Part shown: one piece after another, positions 9,113 to 16,096 of the stretch | Layout: each line of letters opens with the position of its first letter | Position numbering within the stretch: the first letter of the stretch is position 1 | Source: Candidatus Cloacimonadota bacterium | Lineage (GTDB): Bacteria; Cloacimonadota; Cloacimonadia; Cloacimonadales; WRIO01 | Reading direction: 5' to 3' | NCBI GenBank assembly: GCA_029564175.1 | Contig: JAKQQL010000248.1 | Location: 1 to 19,325 of the forward strand | Length of the DNA stretch: 19,325 nt | Made by a program: the position numbers and the translations under genes | Notes under the pieces: generated by a model | Database searches by the model: none | What the model saw: the letters and a program-made list of their open reading frames with translations, nothing else | What the model was told of the DNA's origin: nothing

Positions 9113-9212
9113 ATCAAACGGCACAAAATGAATATTAAACTCCTGATAAGGTGGAACTTAAAGAAATCATGATATCTCAGATTATATCAAACGGCATGTC
9201 AATGCCGTTTGA
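9113..9212. repeat. TCAAACGGCA motif x3: one direct copy plus a perfect 11-bp inverted repeat
   Basis: ATCAAACGGCA at 9113-9123 and 9186-9196. TCAAACGGCAT-GTCA-ATGCCGTTTGA at 9187-9212. Confidence 0.85.
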
Positions 9213-9396
9213 CTTCTTCCAACCCTGGAGTTCTTTGAGTACCCCCCCTCCGTTCCCCCCCTTGTCAGGGAAATTTGTTATTTACCAAAGGTCGGTATAG
9301 ACCCAAAAATGAGGGATTTCTCGAAAAAAATTTTCCACTACTCACCTGGACTATTTGTTACTCAGTACTTGACTATTTAACGTATTTGAGGTATAA

Positions 9397-9435
9397 CTCA
9401 TGATTTTCTTTAAAACCTCATGATTTTTCTTAAAA
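9397..9435. repeat. Tandem 19-bp repeat CTCATGATTTT(CT/TC)TTAAAA, putative operator or iteron
   Basis: Copies at 9397-9415 and 9417-9435, a related inverted copy at 9158-9172, and the core CTCATGATTT again at 10993-11002. Confidence 0.7.
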
Positions 9436-9516
9436 AGTATTATCCCTTCTGTAAAATTCAAGTACTTTTTATTTAAGTATTAACTCACTTATTCACTTTT
9501 CAGGATATTTATTTTT

Positions 9517-10170
9517 ATGGAAACAAAAGAAATCATCAATCAGACAATCTTAGAAAGTGAAATGTATTCAGATTTCGAAGAACACGTAGAAGAGATCGTC
9601 TTGGACAGGGTTAATAAATTAGAAAGTGAGTTAAAGGGTAAGTATCTGTATTTCTTCAGAATTACCAAGAAACCTGACAGAACGAATTATCATACTTTTG
9701 ATGTCACCAAATTAAATGATATTTCAAGACGATTAATTAACGGGATGGTATCATTGGGAACCATTCCAAACAGAAAATTTTGGAACAGATATTTTGAGGG
9801 AGGAATAAGGTCAACATCAATAGTTCAGGAAGAACCTGATGACTTTCCATCCTTCAATCTGAATTACATTCTATACTCATCTTACGATAACCTTGATGTC
9901 AGGATACTTTCTCAGTTATCTACAAGAGTAAGAATGATTGACCCAACATTAAATATAAAACTTGAGTATATCGGGGTTCATGATATTTCTTTACTCAGAA
10001 CATACATTGAGTGTACGACAAAAGTTGAATTGAATTCTAAACCTATTGAAAAACTTGGTCAAAGGAACCTTAACCACATAGTATTAAATCCATTACAGAG
10101 ACCCACTTTTATCGGGAATTTGTTTAAACCATCTAAGTGTCTGTTGAATAAACCATTAGATGTCAATTAA
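9517..10170 (+). CDS. Hypothetical protein, possibly a degenerate rolling-circle Rep fold
   Basis: 217-aa ORF. LYFFRIT...FWNRYFEGGIRSTSIV...FNLNYIL loosely parallels Rep_1 motifs but lacks the HUH histidines. No alanine. Confidence 0.5.
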   Translation: METKEIINQTILESEMYSDFEEHVEEIVLDRVNKLESELKGKYLYFFRITKKPDRTNYHTFDVTKLNDISRRLINGMVSLGTIPNRKFWNRYFEGGIRSTSIVQEEPDDFPSFNLNYILYSSYDNLDVRILSQLSTRVRMIDPTLNIKLEYIGVHDISLLRTYIECTTKVELNSKPIEKLGQRNLNHIVLNPLQRPTFIGNLFKPSKCLLNKPLDVN

Positions 10171-10801
10171 GTTCGTAAAGGTTTAACATTTGGTCGGTTT
10201 CGAAATTTGTATACTTGAGGGTGACGGACACTGAAGAATGATTTACCAATCGACTAACTTTTACCAAGGACAGATGGTCACCTTTCTCAAATCCTTTCTT
10301 AATAGTACCCACAATAAAACTTTTTCTTAGGAGGTGAGAACTTACGTGACCAATACATTTCACTTTGTATTCCTCCATGATTTCTTTCAGGAGACGATTA
10401 AAGGTTTGGATACACATAGGTTCATCTCCTTTCCCCTTTTGAGAAGAAAAGATAAAACTATCAGGTTTTGGATTGGTAATTGATATCACAATATCCAGTA
10501 CCTCTCTCAGTTTTGAACCCATTACCAAAATCCGTTCCTTATTAGTTTTTTTCTCCACTCTGACAAATTTCTCTCCAACCTGTAATCCTATTAGGTCTTT
10601 CCATTTAAGAGATAGATTGTCAATTATCCTTAAACCTAATCTTACTCCTATACTTATCATCAATAAATCCCGACATTTTTTTTCAGTTCTTTCTGACTGA
10701 AAATCCCGTAATAATCTACTTTCAAGTGATACTACACTATCCCAATCAATTGGATATGTAGTTCTCTTATTGTTTTTGGTAGTTCTTTCAATTGTTTTCA
10801 T
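10163..10801 (-). CDS. Small tyrosine recombinase (catalytic domain only; resolvase/Xer-like)
   Basis: GLRIIDNL (R), EKKT (K), HLLRKS (HxxR), VNHSS (H), TLKY (Y). ATG at 10801 (MKTIER, 212 aa) preferred to the AT-rich extension to 10978. Confidence 0.88.
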   Translation of the reverse strand: MKTIERTTKNNKRTTYPIDWDSVVSLESRLLRDFQSERTEKKCRDLLMISIGVRLGLRIIDNLSLKWKDLIGLQVGEKFVRVEKKTNKERILVMGSKLREVLDIVISITNPKPDSFIFSSQKGKGDEPMCIQTFNRLLKEIMEEYKVKCIGHVSSHLLRKSFIVGTIKKGFEKGDHLSLVKVSRLVNHSSVSVTLKYTNFETDQMLNLYELN

Positions 10802-11009
10802 GTGATAAAAATACACATTTAGTATTATATTATGATATAAATGAATATTAATTTTGACAATTAAATGGATATCATAGATAATAAACTGAATATCAGTGAT
10901 TAAAATAAACATATAATGTTCATTTATAACTGAAGATGAACATTTTATATGGAAAAATTCCATCTTGAGATACTTCACAGGATTATCAAGAACTCATGAT
11001 TTAAGTTTT

Positions 11010-11017
11010 TATCTTTG
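11010..11017 (+). promoter_or_regulatory. Putative Bacteroidota -7 promoter element for ORF 11055
   Basis: TATCTTTG matches TAnnTTTG and ends 38 bp before the ATG. Confidence 0.5.
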
Positions 11018-11054
11018 AGACCTATAATGTTCTTCAATTAATTGATTGTAAGAA

Positions 11055-11417
11055 ATGAATTACAAAGTTGATTATGAGAAACAAAGTGAATTAGAGAAGT
11101 TCACTAAGAGTATATTCAGAAAATACAAACTCAAAGGATGGAAAATAGAGTTTGTATTGTCAAAAAAAATCAGTCGTAAAACGAGAATTATCGCACAAAC
11201 CCTCCCTATCTCAGAGAAGATTTTAATTAACTCATATTCAGTAGTATTAATAAATGACGTTGAAAAATTAAAAGGTTGTATTCTTCACGAAATAGGTCAT
11301 ATATTAAATCATTGTCGTCCAGAACACGATGAAAATTTTAAACAGATTTGTAAAGACATTGGATGTCCTTATGATGAACCGACATTTTCAGAAATCGAGA
11401 TGAGGAATCGTATATAA
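11055..11417 (+). CDS. SprT-like zinc metalloprotease domain protein
   Basis: ILHEIGH (HExxH) followed by H...FKQICKDIG, the SprT-like pattern. 120 aa with a single Ala. Confidence 0.75.
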   Translation: MNYKVDYEKQSELEKFTKSIFRKYKLKGWKIEFVLSKKISRKTRIIAQTLPISEKILINSYSVVLINDVEKLKGCILHEIGHILNHCRPEHDENFKQICKDIGCPYDEPTFSEIEMRNRI

Positions 11418-11418
11418 A

Positions 11419-12714
11419 TTAATTTGATACATTATTTGGTTTAAGTTGAATTTTTCTAAGTTCTTCCTTCATCATGACCTTTTTCATGTATTTCTGTAAG
11501 GTTTGAATTTGTTTATGACCCGAAGACATCATCAATATATTCAATGGAATATTCTTTAATATACCAATAGTAATAAACGTCCGTCGACATGAATGAGATG
11601 AAATCAACTTTCTCCTCATTATCGAGTAATCCTTAATTTCTTTGTTTACTCTTTTCTTCTTTATGACCATATCTTCGAATAGTTTCTTGTCCTCCAGTAG
11701 TTTCTTCAATTGGGTATTGAAATATTGGTCTGAAAATTCAGGTAATTGAAACTCGTATTTTTTCAGTATATCGAGGCATATTCCATCAATTAATATCTCT
11801 GACTTTGTCTTTGTCTTGAGGTTCTCTTTCACTAAAATATAATCTCCATCTTCATCGAGGTGAAATTCCTCCCTCTTTATTGTTTTTAAATCACTTATTC
11901 GTAACCCCATAAAACAATTACAGATAAAAACATCTCTGATTTTCCCCCAGGTTGGATTGTCGATATTCATGGTATAGAGATTTTCAATTTCCTCCATTGT
12001 AAGTACAACAGGATCATTATCAAATTTTTGAATTTTGAAACGATGAACCACAGATTTGAATTTGTAGATTTCCTTATCTTCTACCCATCGAAAGAAGGTC
12101 TTTAGTGTTGAAAATCTTTTATTTATGGTGTTATCATTTAATCCTCCCTTAGTCAGATACCCATCTGGTCGTTTTTCAGATAGAAAATTCCTGTACTGAA
12201 CCATGAATTCAGGGGTATTCATTTTCTCTAAGGTCAGTTTGATTTTTTTTGAAGTCTGAAAATCCTTCAATGAATTTATTAGTGACTTATAATCTTTATA
12301 CGATAACCTGTTGTTTAATTCGTCTTTTTTGAATTGGTAAAATTCATCAAGTAATTCCGTTAAAGTTTTTGGTTTTTGAGTAAACATCTCCAAAAATGGT
12401 CCCGATAACATAATTGATTTTTCACCCTCCTTGACGTATTTCAAACATTCTTTTTGAGATATTCTGTGTATAGATCCATGTTTTGTTTTGAAACTTAAAT
12501 AATCATCAACCTTCCTTTTTAACTCTAAAGTTTTCTGATTAAGTTCAACATAGTTCAACATTTTTGAATTGTATGTTAAATCTTTATTCATACAACTTGG
12601 TACATATTTGTTTTTGGTATTAATCCTAATCAGAACTCCCTTATGTTTATACAACACATAGATGTAGGTGTATTCACCCACCTTTACTTTTTTAAGTTCA
12701 GAGTGTGTTTTCAC
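11419..12714 (-). CDS. Site-specific tyrosine integrase of the element
   Basis: 431 aa, GTG start. SAM-like domain (LNDNTINKRFSTLKTFFRW), then GLRISD, NLKT, SSHSCRRTF, SGHK and LQKY. Adjacent to attR. No alanine. Confidence 0.93.
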   Translation of the reverse strand: MKTHSELKKVKVGEYTYIYVLYKHKGVLIRINTKNKYVPSCMNKDLTYNSKMLNYVELNQKTLELKRKVDDYLSFKTKHGSIHRISQKECLKYVKEGEKSIMLSGPFLEMFTQKPKTLTELLDEFYQFKKDELNNRLSYKDYKSLINSLKDFQTSKKIKLTLEKMNTPEFMVQYRNFLSEKRPDGYLTKGGLNDNTINKRFSTLKTFFRWVEDKEIYKFKSVVHRFKIQKFDNDPVVLTMEEIENLYTMNIDNPTWGKIRDVFICNCFMGLRISDLKTIKREEFHLDEDGDYILVKENLKTKTKSEILIDGICLDILKKYEFQLPEFSDQYFNTQLKKLLEDKKLFEDMVIKKKRVNKEIKDYSIMRRKLISSHSCRRTFITIGILKNIPLNILMMSSGHKQIQTLQKYMKKVMMKEELRKIQLKPNNVSN

Positions 12715-12752
12715 GAATTCGATGTTGGTTAGAAGTATAAAAGTAGGAAATG

Positions 12753-12803
12753 TTTTGTACTTTTTTTGTACCAGAAAGATTTTTTTGTACCGTTTTTTGT
12801 ACC
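12753..12803 (+). repeat. Four TTTTGTAC(C) copies, putative integrase arm-type sites (right end)
   Basis: Copies at 12753, 12764, 12783 and 12795, forming two pairs spaced 11-12 bp like the left-end pair. Confidence 0.75.
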
Positions 12804-12929
12804 CAAATTACATATCTAATATATTGATATTCAATACATAAAATTCTGTGTAACAGAATTATTTTATTTTGTAGTAAAATATTTTATAATACATTGAATA
12901 TGTGACCAATACAAAAAATAACTCAAATA

Positions 12930-12943
12930 TTCTCACCCCGACT
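12930..12943 (+). repeat. att core (attR), duplicate of the tRNA-Pro 3' end
   Basis: TTCTCACCCCGACT, identical to 570-583. Confidence 0.9.
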
Positions 12944-12952
12944 GATTAAATC

Positions 12953-12991
12953 AAATGGCCTTGTAAATCAAGTATTTACGAGGTCATTTTT
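12953..12991 (+). terminator. Terminator-like hairpin after attR, with an IHF-like site
   Basis: AAATGGCCTTGTAAAT (12953-12968) pairs with ATTTACGAGGTCATTT (12974-12989) with two G-U pairs. AATCAA-GTAT-TTA at 12966-12978. Confidence 0.65.
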
Positions 12992-12994
12992 ATT

Positions 12995-13019
12995 AGTAGT
13001 ACAAAAAGTAGTACAAAAA
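12995..13019. repeat. Tandem AGTAGTACAAAA x2, putative arm-type sites of the second element
   Basis: Copies at 12995-13006 and 13007-13018. The reverse complement contains TTTTGTAC. Confidence 0.65.
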
Positions 13020-13285
13020 TACTACTCTTCTAACCTCTGATCTCTGAATAAATCCTGAGTTGGCGCAGAAATCAGACCTAATCTTACTGAAAAAATAAAC
13101 CTGAGCAGTGTCAGAAACAGCAGGCGATAGCTTCATAAGCTGAATCCTTATGTGTTTTTGTTTCAGTATAAAAAATGTTAAATAATGTTAAAATTCATCC
13201 TTTTGCGTGCCTGCCTACATATTTATTAATGTAGTCAAACAGCTGACTATGACAAATAAATTTTAGAGTAAAAAATATTTAAGAA

Positions 13286-13696
13286 ATGAAAGTTTACAAG
13301 GCAGAATTTGAAAGTGGTAACTGGTGTTACATTTTCGCTGAATCGGAAAATTGGGCATGGCATTTCTTCGATGATGTTATGTATGAATCCTATTCAATTA
13401 AATCATTCAAGGAATTGGGGAAAACCATTGCCGGAATCGTATACGTATATTCCGGGGTACCTAATAACCAAAAGTTGGAAGACAGTAATGGCTCTTTATA
13501 CATATGCCGTCACGAGAGAACCAGCCGATGGTATGAAATAATTTGGGTCAGGGTTTTTAGGCATTACTGGTGGAAATTAATCCACTCGATAAAATACTTT
13601 GAACGTAAGAAGGAAAAGGAATTATTGGAATTGTTCAAAGATAATAACAACCAAATTAATCAATCTGATTATGAACAAGTCAATAATTCAAATTGA
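13286..13696 (+). CDS. Hypothetical protein (136 aa)
   Basis: ATG ORF with an A-rich leader. No recognisable motif. Confidence 0.6.
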   Translation: MKVYKAEFESGNWCYIFAESENWAWHFFDDVMYESYSIKSFKELGKTIAGIVYVYSGVPNNQKLEDSNGSLYICRHERTSRWYEIIWVRVFRHYWWKLIHSIKYFERKKEKELLELFKDNNNQINQSDYEQVNNSN

Positions 13697-13973
13697 AGCT
13701 GAAATAACTGCAATTATTAAAGGCACACCTAATTTAGCTGATCGTATAGAAGCACTTGAAGTTGCCGGATACAAGGACATTGGCTATTTCTATGTTAAAA
13801 ATAAGTGTATTAATAATAAGGGCGGAATCGGAAGTCTGTTTTATTTACCACGGAAAAAAATGTACCGGATTCAGATTGACAATACAGAATTAAAAAAAAC
13901 TTACCCTGCGGCATGGTGTGTAAATGTACCTGAATCAGGATTAATAAATGAGAATAAAGAATTACCTTTTTAA
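13671..13973 (+). CDS. Hypothetical protein (100 aa) ending in ELPF
   Basis: ATG at 13671 (MNKSIIQIE) is in frame with the tracked ORF 13599 and gives only a short overlap with the upstream gene. Confidence 0.6.
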   Translation: MNKSIIQIEAEITAIIKGTPNLADRIEALEVAGYKDIGYFYVKNKCINNKGGIGSLFYLPRKKMYRIQIDNTELKKTYPAAWCVNVPESGLINENKELPF

Positions 13974-14132
13974 AAAACAGGCCGTTAATACCTGTTCAAT
14001 TTTTGGTAAATTTCTTGGGGCGGATTTGTATCGAGTAGATTATTTACTGAAATCATATAGTCTTGCAAATACCTGATCTGATCTACAAGGGTATTATTAT
14101 TGTTATAAGCATAAAGTTGCGTAAAAAATTAC

Positions 14133-15026
14133 TCACCATATAATAACGTCCCCCTCTATTATGGTTGTTTCATTAATCTTGGTTATTTCCGGATATGTGT
14201 TTGGATTATTAAATTTTAAACGATAATGAAAAACTCTTCTTAAAATCAACTCATTATTGTCAATAAGCTGGTGTTTAAAAACAACATTGAATCCTTTATA
14301 TTTATATGCAACACTGGGGTACCACAATGCTTCAGGCTGTAGGTCAGGATTTTTAGAACGTATAATTGTGTTTGCACAAAGCGCACTGAAAAGGTAATCA
14401 TTAGGGTGCTTAATTTCTTTTTTGGCAAACTGTTTTGCGAAGAAAATATTAACTTTTAAAAGTGCTTGATATTGGTCCTCAGTCTTCCCCTTACGCATTA
14501 ATGGTTCAATGGCTACAGCCGCTTCTCCTACATCGGTGCCAACCTTTTGTGTATCTTCAGCATGACAAATCATACAAGTTTCTATATCTTTTGTAAGTTC
14601 CCATTCTCCAATAACCACGTTAAATTCTTTACTTGTTGTTTTACGTAATTCGTCCTGACATGACTCAATGGCTGCTGTATCAAGTGCACTTGAAGCATAA
14701 AATGTTGATCTATAGGGGAGATTTGCTCTACCAATATCCTTTCCCGGTTTTGGATTATAGGAAATTCTCGATTTGCTTGTAAATGGTTTGTCTTTGTGAA
14801 ATATCTGTCCTCTGTAAAAGAAATGACCTTTAACTTGAGGCCAGATATTTACTGGTATTGAGAATGATTGGAGTATCATCATCAATACTGCATTAATGTT
14901 ATAGTAACGTAAATTAATTGCCTCAAATGATTTAATTCTGGCAGCAACCTGATCTGGGTCATCCATATCAATTTTCCCAAATTTTAATCCGATTTTTATG
15001 AAGAGTTCATTAAATAATCTAATCAT
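14133..15026 (-). CDS. RES-domain-like protein
   Basis: FYRG...GRANLP...FYAS...TAAIE...DYLFS...LWYPSV...NVVF, which is the R/E/S arrangement of RES domains. Confidence 0.7.
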   Translation of the reverse strand: MIRLFNELFIKIGLKFGKIDMDDPDQVAARIKSFEAINLRYYNINAVLMMILQSFSIPVNIWPQVKGHFFYRGQIFHKDKPFTSKSRISYNPKPGKDIGRANLPYRSTFYASSALDTAAIESCQDELRKTTSKEFNVVIGEWELTKDIETCMICHAEDTQKVGTDVGEAAVAIEPLMRKGKTEDQYQALLKVNIFFAKQFAKKEIKHPNDYLFSALCANTIIRSKNPDLQPEALWYPSVAYKYKGFNVVFKHQLIDNNELILRRVFHYRLKFNNPNTYPEITKINETTIIEGDVIIW

Positions 15027-15111
15027 CGTGGGTTATTTTCAATGAGTTACATGCAGTTTTAGTGGCGTGTTTAGTATATTGCCCGTGCCATTTCCAACAC
15101 TGAAAAACAGA

Positions 15112-16035
15112 TTAATCTTCAATCTTAATAATATACGACAATTCATTACCTTTTGCCTTATTTTCAGCGTACAACAAGGAGACCTTCTCATATCTTAATT
15201 TGATAAATGGATCCACAAGTTTGCTAAAGTTCAATTTTACTATGTTTTCAATTAGATGAGGAAGGATCTTTATCGCAAATTCAATTTTTGCATTTTTCAT
15301 CCTCATTCCTGCTACTTTCATTTCATATTTATACTCAGCAATTAAAGTTTCAACTTCTTCAATAATTTCTTTTTCAAAAAAATCTTGCTTAGATATTTTA
15401 TTTGCCCACGATCTTAAACGTAAAAACCTAAGCTTATTTGATTCATCATCTCTATATTGGATAATATCCACTAACGGGACTGAATCATCTGGAATTGGTA
15501 TATTACTAATCAGAACTCTGTAAATATCAGATTTTGCTGTTTTTAATTCCAATGCATTATAGCAATCAAGAGACAAGGTTGGATTTAAGCTCTTATTATA
15601 AAGTTCTTTATAAGAGAGAGCGTATAATCGCTCTTTTAACGCTAAAATATTCTGGCCGGTTGATTGAATTTTTTTAACCATGACAGAAGAATTAGTATAT
15701 ATTTTTTGATTTGCCAAATCAGCTATCGCATTCAATTGTTGTTTTTGCAACATTTTTAGCAACCCGATAATTTGATTGAATGATACATTTTTAGCAAGTT
15801 TTTCTTCATACTTTTTTTCTTCAGGGAAACTAATTGATCTTATAAAACCTTGATCATATAATAGAGAAACATTATCGTAATGAGTTTTCCTGCCATAGGG
15901 GCCAATTAAAAGCTTCTCCTTAAATGCATTGTAATTGTATGTATACAAGGTTTCATATAGATAAAAGTGCGCTTTTATCCTATTAAATGACGGTGGTGCC
16001 AAATATGCTTCCAAGTCTATTATTCCATTTTCCAT
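15112..16035 (-). CDS. Hypothetical protein, DUF6236-like
   Basis: 307-aa ORF. IPIPDDSVPLVDIIQYR...RFLRLR resembles my recollection of DUF6236-type proteins. The assignment is tentative. Confidence 0.55.
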   Translation of the reverse strand: MENGIIDLEAYLAPPSFNRIKAHFYLYETLYTYNYNAFKEKLLIGPYGRKTHYDNVSLLYDQGFIRSISFPEEKKYEEKLAKNVSFNQIIGLLKMLQKQQLNAIADLANQKIYTNSSVMVKKIQSTGQNILALKERLYALSYKELYNKSLNPTLSLDCYNALELKTAKSDIYRVLISNIPIPDDSVPLVDIIQYRDDESNKLRFLRLRSWANKISKQDFFEKEIIEEVETLIAEYKYEMKVAGMRMKNAKIEFAIKILPHLIENIVKLNFSKLVDPFIKLRYEKVSLLYAENKAKGNELSYIIKIED

Positions 16036-16096
16036 ATGTCTCTGATAAACAAATCAATATGTGATAATTCTAAAAGTATTCTTTTCAAAAACAACT

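Larger units (their letters stand above)
570..12943. mobile_element. 12.4-kb tRNA-Pro-integrated element, GpC-depleted, with type I RM cargo
   Basis: 14-bp direct repeat of the tRNA 3' end at both ends, integrase next to the right end, TTTTGTACC repeats at both ends, and a dinucleotide shift coinciding with both att sites. Confidence 0.92.

Noticed and set aside
10802..10978. N-terminal extension of the small recombinase in the ORF track
   Set aside because: The translation is low-complexity (rich in I, Y and H) and comes from very AT-rich DNA. It is more likely the divergent promoter region, and the ATG at 10801 fits better.
941..12714. Alanine loss explained by an alternative genetic code, tRNA-Ala avoidance or amino-acid cost
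   Set aside because: GpC is also missing from NGC codons, codon junctions and intergenic DNA, and Ala is replaced by several different residues. The constraint is on the nucleotide sequence.
584..12943. GpC loss as a trivial result of low GC content
   Set aside because: CpG, GG and CC are abundant in the same DNA, and the similarly AT-rich 13-17 kb region has many GpCs and alanines.
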